Origin: an uncultured Bifidobacterium sp.
GTDB lineage: Bacteria; Planctomycetota; Phycisphaerae; Phycisphaerales; SM1A02
Length of the DNA stretch: 61,879 nucleotides
Direction of reading: 5' to 3'
Assembly (NCBI GenBank): GCA_964552505.1
Contig: CAZKHO010000001.1
Coordinates: 1 to 61,879, forward strand
Shown: in pieces, positions 26,294-34,357 of the stretch
Position numbering within the stretch: position 1 is the first letter of the stretch
How the letters are laid out: the number at the start of each line of letters is the position of its first letter
Translations under genes and position numbers: made by a program
Notes under the pieces: generated by a model
The model's input: only the letters and a program-made list of their open reading frames with translations
Told to the model about the DNA's origin: nothing
The model's database searches: none

Positions 26294-29272
26294 TCAGGTG
26301 CGTCTTGCCAGATGGGCCAGCGGCCCGTCCGTGTCCACGGAGATCTCGATCCGGTCGGAGAGCCGCTCCAGCAGGCGCACGCTGTCGGCGGAGAGCGAGC
26401 GCACGTCGTGCAGCCGGATGTCGGTGAGCATCCTGCACGCCTCGATCTCCGGCGGGATCTGGTGGATGGCGGATCCGGACAGCGAGAGCGTGGAGAGCTG
26501 CGTGAGCCGCCCGATGGAGGCAGGCAGACGCTCCACGCCGGTGCGGTCCAGGCAGAGCGTCTGGAGCCCGGGCATGTCGCCGATCCAGTCCGGCAGCGAC
26601 GCGAGCGCGGTGCCGGAGAGGTCCAGCAGGCTGAGCGAAGGCAGGCTGCGAAGGCTGGCGGGCAGCTGGGTGATCCGGGTGTCCTCCACCTTGAGGCTGC
26701 TCAGCGCCGTGCACTGCCCCAGCGACTCGGGCAGCCGCTCCAGCGGACAACCGTCCAGACGGAGCACCTGCAGCTGGGTCAGCTGGCCGATCGAGTCCGG
26801 GAGATGCCCCACCAATGTGGTGCTCACATCGATCAGCTCGCAGGCGCTCCACGCGCCGATCCAATCCGACAGCGATTCCAGCGCCGAGCCCGCGGCCTCG
26901 AACTCACGGAGCCGCGTCCACCCTGCCGCCCAATCCGGCAGGTGACGGATGGGCGCGCGATCCAGCTTGAGCTCACGAAGCGGCACATGCCGCAGCCACT
27001 CCGGCACGGCGGTCAGCGACGTGCCCGACAGCGAGAACGCGTACTCCGCAGGCTTGGCCGGCGCTTCGTCGGCGTCTTCACCCTGGTCATCGTCGTCCTC
27101 GACATCCGGATCCTCCTCGTCCTCTTGCTCTTCGGAAGGATCCTCCGACGCGGATCCCCCGGGGATCGCCGCGTCGTCCAGATCCAGTTCGAAGGAATCC
27201 GTGTCCGCCTGGACCTCCAGTTGCGGCTCCTCCACGCCCATGGCGTCCAGGTCCAGCACCAGCTCCTCGGCGTCGGTGCCGTCGGGGTCCAGCACCAGTT
27301 CCTGGTCCTGATCGATCGTCAGCTCATGGCCGGCGCCAGCGTGGGTGCCAGAGCCATGCCTGCTGGGAGGCGCCGTGGGTCCGGTGCAGCCTTGCGCAAA
27401 GGTGCAGTTCTCCAGATCCACGCGGATGGGCACGTCCGTGTCCGCATCCACCCACGCCTGCGCCATCTCCACCCGCACACCTCGAAGCCCTTCGGCGCCC
27501 AGTGCGCGAAGATGCGACAGGTTCCACAGCCAGGCGGGGAGTTCCTGCACGCCCGACTCGCCCACCTCAAGCTCGCTCAGCGCGCCGGCCTGACGCAGCC
27601 ACGACGGCAGCCGGCCCAGCGCGCTCGGCACCTGCAGCTCCTTCAGGTGACCCACGCCTCCCTGCGGCGTGGGGAGGCTCTCCAGCATGGTGCCCTTGAG
27701 CGAGGTGTTCTCCGCGTACGGCAGCTCCGGGCAGTGTGCCAGCGGATTGCCGCTCAGCTTGAGGATGCTCCCTTCCGCCGTGGCGAACGCGGCCGCGGGC
27801 ACCTGCCCAGGGTCGATGCGGGTGATGCGGTTGTCCGCCAGCTCCAGGGTGTCCAGGCCGGACAGGTCGCGCAGGGCGCTGCCCACACCGCACAGCATGT
27901 TGCCGTCCAGTCGCAGGCGCCTGAGCTGGGGCAGGTTCCACCGCGCCGCCCCCAGCGACACCACGCCGCACTCCTCGATGAAGAGTTCCGTCAGGGCCGG
28001 GAAGACGCTGCCGTCCACCAGCCAGGCCGGCACCTGCGAGATGGGCACCTTCTCCAGGCGCAGACATTCGATCCACGGGCAGACGATGCCCGAGAGGTCG
28101 GGCAGCGCCATCGCGCCACTGATGCCCAGCGTGCCGTGCACCCTGGGCGCCAGGGAGCGCATGAAGTCGCGGTCGATGCGGGGACAGCGCTCGAAGCGGA
28201 CCGAGCCGATCGGCTCCACGTCCTCCACGTCGTCCCACTCCGTCACCTGCTGGCCGGCGCCCACCACCGAACCGCAGCGCTCGAACATGATCTCCAGCCG
28301 CTCCGGCTCCTCGCCCTGGGACTCGAGCCAGTCCACGGCGTCCGCACGCGCGTTCAGCAGCCTCTGGAACTCGCCCGGGCAGTCCACCAGCCGAAGCTCC
28401 TGCCACAGCTGCGGGGGAATCCACGAGTGGATGCAGTCGGCCATCCATTCCTCCAGCGGCCGTCCGTCTCCGGCGATCACCACCGACAGCGAACCGTTCT
28501 CCACCGTGTCCGGGTCGGCCAGGCAGCCCTCGTCCGTCAGTTCCAACTGGGTCTTCGTCATGCGCCGAAGCATCTCCAGCGGCACGATGCGCTGTCCCTC
28601 TCCAACCTTGTTGCCGGCCTCGATCACGTGCCAGGATGGAAGACACGCCAGCGCCTGACGGTGCCAGCCACCCTGCGACTCGTCCATGTGCAGGAGCGCC
28701 CACGCCATGGCGGGCACGGGCCCCAGCGTCGCCGCCACTTCCAGCGCCGCGCGCGGACCGCCGGCCTGCTCGGCGATCTGCAGGATCGTGCCGGCGTCCG
28801 GATGCTCGTCACGCTCGAACGCGGCCCGAAGTCCCCGACCGATCCGACCCCAGATGCCCCCGACATCCGCGATGGTTCCTGCCACCTCGACCCGGATCTT
28901 CCGGAACATCTCGTCCTCGTCGTCGCGCAGAGCCAGACAGGAGGCGGCGAGCAACTGCACCAAGTGGATGTCGGATCGTGCACCGAGCGCACGGATCTTG
29001 GCCAGTGCCAGCCGCGTCAGACCCTCGTCGCCAGAATCCAGCAGCTCCGCAATCTCCCGATCGGCCGCGGAGGCCTGCCAGTCCTCCAGCAGCCCCGGCA
29101 CGCGCCCGGCCTGCACCCACCGCCCCGGAGCCACGGCCAGCCGATCCTCCCCCAACAACTCTCCGCGCCGCGCCATGGCCCGGACTTCGCCAGCGGTGAA
29201 AGGCCCGCGCACGTCCTCCAGCAGTCGCCAGAGCCAGTACTTGTTCGCGGTGCCCTGCTGTTCCGGACTCAT
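26294..29272 (-). CDS. GYF_2 (DUF4339) domain plus leucine-rich-repeat protein with an acidic linker
   Basis: N-terminal KYWLWRLLEDVRGPFTAGEVRAMARRGELLGEDRLAVAPGRWVQAGRVPGLLEDW fits GYF_2. Two LRR blocks, e.g. LQVLRLDGCPLERLPESLGQCTALSSLKVEDTRITQLPASL. Acidic run EDPSEEQEDEEDPDVEDDDDQGEDADE. Confidence 0.8.
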   Translation of the reverse strand: MSPEQQGTANKYWLWRLLEDVRGPFTAGEVRAMARRGELLGEDRLAVAPGRWVQAGRVPGLLEDWQASAADREIAELLDSGDEGLTRLALAKIRALGARSDIHLVQLLAASCLALRDDEDEMFRKIRVEVAGTIADVGGIWGRIGRGLRAAFERDEHPDAGTILQIAEQAGGPRAALEVAATLGPVPAMAWALLHMDESQGGWHRQALACLPSWHVIEAGNKVGEGQRIVPLEMLRRMTKTQLELTDEGCLADPDTVENGSLSVVIAGDGRPLEEWMADCIHSWIPPQLWQELRLVDCPGEFQRLLNARADAVDWLESQGEEPERLEIMFERCGSVVGAGQQVTEWDDVEDVEPIGSVRFERCPRIDRDFMRSLAPRVHGTLGISGAMALPDLSGIVCPWIECLRLEKVPISQVPAWLVDGSVFPALTELFIEECGVVSLGAARWNLPQLRRLRLDGNMLCGVGSALRDLSGLDTLELADNRITRIDPGQVPAAAFATAEGSILKLSGNPLAHCPELPYAENTSLKGTMLESLPTPQGGVGHLKELQVPSALGRLPSWLRQAGALSELEVGESGVQELPAWLWNLSHLRALGAEGLRGVRVEMAQAWVDADTDVPIRVDLENCTFAQGCTGPTAPPSRHGSGTHAGAGHELTIDQDQELVLDPDGTDAEELVLDLDAMGVEEPQLEVQADTDSFELDLDDAAIPGGSASEDPSEEQEDEEDPDVEDDDDQGEDADEAPAKPAEYAFSLSGTSLTAVPEWLRHVPLRELKLDRAPIRHLPDWAAGWTRLREFEAAGSALESLSDWIGAWSACELIDVSTTLVGHLPDSIGQLTQLQVLRLDGCPLERLPESLGQCTALSSLKVEDTRITQLPASLRSLPSLSLLDLSGTALASLPDWIGDMPGLQTLCLDRTGVERLPASIGRLTQLSTLSLSGSAIHQIPPEIEACRMLTDIRLHDVRSLSADSVRLLERLSDRIEISVDTDGPLAHLARRT

Positions 29273-30582
29273 GCGTGTTCCTCCTGAACTCGACGGCCAA
29301 GGAGGCCGCCAAGCGCCTGGGCAAGGCTACGGTCCTGCGCGCCCAGCACCACGCGCCCCAGACGCGGCAGCCGCGCCAGCGTGTCCAGGCCTTCATCCAC
29401 ACCCGCACCCGTCAGGCGAATCAGGCGGAGGCGTGCGCATCCGGCCAGCGTGCTCGGCAGCACAAGATGCCTGCATCCCCGCAACGAGAGCGTCTCCAGC
29501 GCACCGCAGCCGCCGATGCCGTGCGGCAGCTGGCGCACGGCCGTCCCGTCCAGCTGCAGCTGCCGCAGCCTGGGCCAGGTCACCGGCCCCGCCGGAAGCT
29601 GCTGCACCCGGGTGCCCGAAAGGTCGAGCGTCTCCAGCGTGACCACGCGCGCCAGCGACTCCGGCAGCTTCCGCAGGGGATTCCCGGCAAGGTCCAGATG
29701 CCGCAGGCGGGCGCAGCGATCGAGCGGCCCCGACAGCTCCTCCACCTGGTTCCAGCCCAGATGCAGCGACTCCAGGTGGCGGATCGCCTCCGCGTGGACC
29801 GTGGCCACGCGCGCACCCGTCAGGCGCAGCACGCGAAGCGCGGCGCGGCCCTCCAGTCCGGCGGGCAGCTCGTCCAGCGGATTGCCGTCCAGATGCAGCG
29901 TGTCCAGCGCCTCCGGAAGCCCCTGCTCCAGCGCAAGGACCTCGATCCGGTTTCGAGAGAGATCCGCGTGGCGAAGGCCGGTGCACTTGCGCAGGCCGAA
30001 GGCGTCCAGGCGAAGGCGGTTGCACGCGGCCCGAAGGGTGACCAGCTGCGGACAGAGCTTTCCCAGGCCGTCCAGATCCGTCAGACGGTTGCGACAGAGG
30101 TTGAGCGCGCGCAGCGAAGCGCCGCAGCCACGCAGGAGCGCCACCGGGAGTTCCAGCAGGCCGTTGCCGGAGAGGTCCAGCGACGCCAGCGCGGGAAGGT
30201 CGTGCGCCAGTTCAACCTTTCGAGAGAGGCTGCAACCCCGCAGAAAGAGCGACTGCAGCGAGGGCGGCAGCGGCAGCGGTCCCCTCCCAAGCGGAAGGCC
30301 CTCCAGCGCCAGCGACTGCAAGGGCAGCTGCGCAAGCCACCCGGGGATCTCCTCCAGACACCCACGCACGCGCAGCGAACGGAGTGCGCCACAGCCCTGA
30401 AGCCACTCCGGAAGATCCGGCCGTTCGCCCAGATCCAGCTCCAGCGACTGGAGCGCATCCGCGCCAGCCGGCGCGGCTCCGGACGCGGCGGCGCCCTGCG
30501 GCAAGGACCACCCATGCCGGACCCCGTCGCCGGGGCGCGCCAAGACCACCATCCAGTCCTGTCCGGAAGGGATGGTGGTCAT
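29269..30582 (-). CDS. Leucine-rich-repeat protein
   Basis: About 14 tandem LRRs, e.g. LRHLDLAGNPLRKLPESLARVVTLETLDLSGTRVQQLP. ATGA overlap with the downstream GYF-LRR gene. Confidence 0.8.
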   Translation of the reverse strand: MTTIPSGQDWMVVLARPGDGVRHGWSLPQGAAASGAAPAGADALQSLELDLGERPDLPEWLQGCGALRSLRVRGCLEEIPGWLAQLPLQSLALEGLPLGRGPLPLPPSLQSLFLRGCSLSRKVELAHDLPALASLDLSGNGLLELPVALLRGCGASLRALNLCRNRLTDLDGLGKLCPQLVTLRAACNRLRLDAFGLRKCTGLRHADLSRNRIEVLALEQGLPEALDTLHLDGNPLDELPAGLEGRAALRVLRLTGARVATVHAEAIRHLESLHLGWNQVEELSGPLDRCARLRHLDLAGNPLRKLPESLARVVTLETLDLSGTRVQQLPAGPVTWPRLRQLQLDGTAVRQLPHGIGGCGALETLSLRGCRHLVLPSTLAGCARLRLIRLTGAGVDEGLDTLARLPRLGRVVLGAQDRSLAQALGGLLGRRVQEEHA

Positions 30583-30622
30583 GGCGCTGCCGGAATCACA
30601 TGGGCATGCGGACCGTGCGCGT

Positions 30623-33600
30623 TCAGACGGTCTCGTGCTTCTGGCTCCACCAGAGCCAGTTGCAGAAGCCGTCCACCGTCACGCCCCACTCGCCGTGGAT
30701 CAGCGCGCGAAGCTCGCCGCTGGTCAGCCAGTTGAGCATGACCTGCATGGACCGGTCGTCCACGCTGTCGCGGCCCTGCACGTTGCGGATGAGCCCCGTG
30801 GACGCCTTCGAGAGGCCCGCAGGCTGCAGACCCGCAGGCACCGCCCAGCTCAGCCGGTGACCGTCACCTTCGCGCTCGAAGCGCACCGAGCCGCGGATGG
30901 ACTTGGGCAGCGCGCCGTCGGCCAGCCCAGGCCCCACCACGAGCATGCGGAACAGCATCTGCGCCGCCACCCGATGAGCCTCGGCCTGCGGAACGTCCAG
31001 GGCCGCCGCGAACATCATGGCGCAGCGCCACAGGCGCTTCTGGTTGGCCAGAGCGATGGGATAGTCCTGATACTCCTCGTCGCGCTGCGCCAGCATGTGC
31101 GCCACGTAGGCCTTGGCCTCGGGGTGCGCCGCCAGGTGCAGCGGATCCAGCACGCGACGAAGCAGCGCGCTCACGGGTCCGCCACCCGCAGGCGCTGGGC
31201 CGGCAGGACCGGCGTCCGGCTGCGAATCCACCAGCAGGCGGGTCAGCAGGTTGCGGCCACCCTTCACGGACTGGAGCGCACGATCCAGCGGACGGTCCGC
31301 CTCGCAGCGGTCGATGAGCAGGCGGAACATGTCCTCCTTGGCCACGCTGTCGCGGGCCTCGGCGCCAGGCACGTACGCGCCCGCCGAGTGGTAGCGGTCC
31401 GCCGCGTCCACCACGCGATCCAGCGCGGGAGGATTGCGGAGGTCGCGCACCCGCTCCACCACCGGACCACGGGCTTCGCGGTTGCCCAGCAGCGCCTCGA
31501 AGAAGCGCACCTGACCGCTGCCGATGAGGGCGTCGATGAGCTCGTCGTTGACGCTCTCGGCCAGCTGCTGACCGGGCAGGCGATGACAGAACTCCGCGAA
31601 GATCATGACGGCGGCCTGCTCGCCCGCCGTGTCGGAGCCCACGTTGGTGTCCATGGCCAGACGCAGCGCGGACATCTTTCGGGCGAACGGCACCGAATCG
31701 CCGTCGCGGGCGCTGGTCTCGATGCGCTCCGGCGAGAGCTCCACGGCCTGACGCACGGACGCCGGCACGCGGCCCAGGCGCTCCAGCGCGTGGCTGAGCA
31801 CGCCGGGATCGCCGCTGGCGATGGCCTCCAGCACGATGGAGGTGCGGTCACCCGACTGCACGTCCACCTTGGCGCCGCTCTGGATCAGCAGGTCGGCCAC
31901 CTGCTTGTGGCCCATGCGGTAGGCGAGGTGGATGGGTCGGATGCCGTGTCGCGAGGCCTTGTCCAGATGATCCGGAGCGCGTCGCAGCAGCTCCTCCACC
32001 ATCTTCTTGGCTTCCTCGTCGAAATCCGCGGCCACGCGCACCGCGGCCATGAGCGGCGTGACGCCGTCGTGGGTGGCGCGGAAGTGGTCCGGCGTGAGGC
32101 GGCATCGGCGGCCAGCCAGCTCCATGGCCGAGCCGTGACCCGTGCTGGCCAGCACGAACACCAGATTGCGACCCAGCGTGTCCGGCATCATGTCGAACGA
32201 GCGCTGACCGAACCATTCGACGGAAACCGGATCGTCGGTCAGCGCCTTCAGGAACAGGCTGCGGCGGCGGGAGATCTCCTCCGGAGCCAGTCGGGTCCGG
32301 GCCGAGCCGGCCACGAACGGACGAAGGAAGCGCTCCAGTTCCAGATGCAGCGCGGGACGGCCGAAGTCCGGCAGGCGCCCGGCCTGGGCCTGCGACCGCA
32401 TCCGCTCACGCAGCGACTGCGCCACCTCGGCGTCCGGGCGGCCGGTGATCTCGATGGCGGGCTGGTTGTTGCCAGGATCGCGGCTGACCCAGAAGGTGAA
32501 CGCCTCGCGGCACTTGAAGGCCTTCTCCCAGAGCTTGCGGTCGTAGCCGCCCACTTCGGGCATGGCCTGGTCCAGCTGCTCCAGCGCACCACGGTCGAAT
32601 TCCTTGATGAAGGTGCCGTAGAGCAGCTCCTCGAACTCGCCGGCGTTGTCGGTGGCCAGCACCGTCTCCAGCCGGTTGTCGCCGCGACGGCCACGCCCCT
32701 TGGGGCGGCGGCGCGTCAGCAGGTCGTACTCGCTCTTGATCAGCGGATCGGCAAGGTCCTCGGCCAGCACACTGGCGCCGGACTGCAGGCGCTCGGGCGC
32801 CACTTCCGCACCCTGGTCCAGCAGCAGCTTGAGCGGCGACGGCGCAAGCACGGCGGCGCCGAAGCCCGCGTGGACGCGGGTCTCGGCCAGCAGCAGCACG
32901 TCCAGAGCGATGTACGCCAGTGTGGAGAGCATGGAGGCGCGCTCCTCGCCGGTGGCGCTGCGCTGCAGCACCTGGAGCGCCTCGCGGACGCCGGACTGCT
33001 CTCCGGGACGGTGACAGAGGATCTGCACGGTCGCGTCCAGCATGGCGCGCTCGGAGGCGCCGCGGCCGGTGTTTGCGATGGAACGCGACACGGCCTGCAG
33101 GAACTGCTCCGCGTACTGGTTGGGCTGGGCCGCGGTGGCCTGCGACAGCAGGCGCCGCAGCGCAACGCGCAGGCGGCGACGGAAGGTGTCCGGCAGCGCG
33201 CGGGCGCCCCGGGTGAGACGGAGCGACCAGCCCGACATGGGCTCGCGCTTCATCACCATGCGGCGGAGGCGGTTGGCCAGGGTGGCCGAGCGGCCTTCAC
33301 CCTCGGGCTCCTCGTGACCCACGGCCATGCGCACGATCGACACCATGTCGTCGCCGCGCTCGAGCAGGCTGCTGCCCCACTTGAGGTCGTTGCGACGCTC
33401 CCAGGACTCGATGCGCTTGCCGCCGGCGTAGGCCAGATCGAGCACGCTCTCGAACTTCCACAGGAAGTCGATCTCGCGACGAGCCACGCTGATGGCCGCG
33501 CCCACGCCCTGGATCTGGTCCAGGATCTTGCGGCTCCAGTCCTCGCACTTCTCGAAGTTGAGGCCCGGGAGCCGATTCCGGCTCTCCAGCATCTCGCTCA

Positions 33601-34180
33601 GCAGCCAGTAGCCGTAGGCGATCTCCTCGCCCGACGGGGCGTCCGCCGCGGTGGCCGGGTGCACCAGCTCGCGCACGGAGCGGTCGAACTCGCCCAGCAC
33701 CACGCAGCGCAGCAGCGCCGACGAGGCGCCGTGATGGCGCGTGATGGTGAGGAACTCCTCGCCGCAACGACGCAGGCGCTCGCGAAGGCCGTTGGCCGGC
33801 TCGCTGAACACCAGCAGCGGGTGCACGCGCGCGCCCTCGGCGTCGGCGTCCACCATCAGGTGACGCAGCTGCAGGTCGCGGAACGGATCCGATCCCTTCT
33901 CCGCCAGACGGAAGAGATGGTCGTAGAGCGCCATCGCATGGTCGGTGTTGCCGAAGCGATCCGCACGATTGAACGGCGCACCCTGCGCGTGCACCATGTC
34001 GCAGCCGTACTCGTCGAAGGTCACCAGGAACAGGCTCCGCCACGTGTCCGACCGCTCCGGCGTGGCAAGGCTGGTGGTCTCAAGCCACTGGGTCGCTGCG
34101 CTGAACGCCTTCGTCAACTCGCCGCGGCGCACGTGCTTGAGGTACAGGTCGAGGAACCGTGTTTCTTCTGGCGTGGGCAT
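30623..34180 (-). CDS. 1185-aa protein with central ankyrin repeats; the rest is unassigned
   Basis: Ank-like HDGVTPLMAAVRVA...RHGIRPIHLAYRMGHKQVADLLIQSGAKVDVQ. Normal composition throughout. The opposite-strand ORF 30572..34297 is an Arg/His/Gln/Gly-rich shadow. Confidence 0.75.
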   Translation of the reverse strand: MPTPEETRFLDLYLKHVRRGELTKAFSAATQWLETTSLATPERSDTWRSLFLVTFDEYGCDMVHAQGAPFNRADRFGNTDHAMALYDHLFRLAEKGSDPFRDLQLRHLMVDADAEGARVHPLLVFSEPANGLRERLRRCGEEFLTITRHHGASSALLRCVVLGEFDRSVRELVHPATAADAPSGEEIAYGYWLLSEMLESRNRLPGLNFEKCEDWSRKILDQIQGVGAAISVARREIDFLWKFESVLDLAYAGGKRIESWERRNDLKWGSSLLERGDDMVSIVRMAVGHEEPEGEGRSATLANRLRRMVMKREPMSGWSLRLTRGARALPDTFRRRLRVALRRLLSQATAAQPNQYAEQFLQAVSRSIANTGRGASERAMLDATVQILCHRPGEQSGVREALQVLQRSATGEERASMLSTLAYIALDVLLLAETRVHAGFGAAVLAPSPLKLLLDQGAEVAPERLQSGASVLAEDLADPLIKSEYDLLTRRRPKGRGRRGDNRLETVLATDNAGEFEELLYGTFIKEFDRGALEQLDQAMPEVGGYDRKLWEKAFKCREAFTFWVSRDPGNNQPAIEITGRPDAEVAQSLRERMRSQAQAGRLPDFGRPALHLELERFLRPFVAGSARTRLAPEEISRRRSLFLKALTDDPVSVEWFGQRSFDMMPDTLGRNLVFVLASTGHGSAMELAGRRCRLTPDHFRATHDGVTPLMAAVRVAADFDEEAKKMVEELLRRAPDHLDKASRHGIRPIHLAYRMGHKQVADLLIQSGAKVDVQSGDRTSIVLEAIASGDPGVLSHALERLGRVPASVRQAVELSPERIETSARDGDSVPFARKMSALRLAMDTNVGSDTAGEQAAVMIFAEFCHRLPGQQLAESVNDELIDALIGSGQVRFFEALLGNREARGPVVERVRDLRNPPALDRVVDAADRYHSAGAYVPGAEARDSVAKEDMFRLLIDRCEADRPLDRALQSVKGGRNLLTRLLVDSQPDAGPAGPAPAGGGPVSALLRRVLDPLHLAAHPEAKAYVAHMLAQRDEEYQDYPIALANQKRLWRCAMMFAAALDVPQAEAHRVAAQMLFRMLVVGPGLADGALPKSIRGSVRFEREGDGHRLSWAVPAGLQPAGLSKASTGLIRNVQGRDSVDDRSMQVMLNWLTSGELRALIHGEWGVTVDGFCNWLWWSQKHETV

Positions 34181-34357
34181 GTGGATCTTTCTTCTCTTCT
34201 GCCGATGGGTCTTGCGATGCGCGAATCGATCGAACGACGAGCCTTGGGCCCCTGGGCGCCACGAGCGGATCGGGCGTCCCGAGGGCGCGGATACTAGCGG
34301 GCCTTCGCGCGTGCCGCCGCACGAAGGACGACGGCCACGGGGGCCGGAAGCGTCATG

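Noticed and set aside
26276-34297. Plus-strand ORFs 26276..29287 (1003 aa), 29275..30735 (486 aa) and 30572..34297 (1241 aa)
   Set aside because: They mirror the LRR, LRR and ankyrin genes on the opposite strand. Their translations are dominated by R, Q, H, G and L, and they have no repeats or domains. The minus-strand frames show clear LRR and Ank periodicity.
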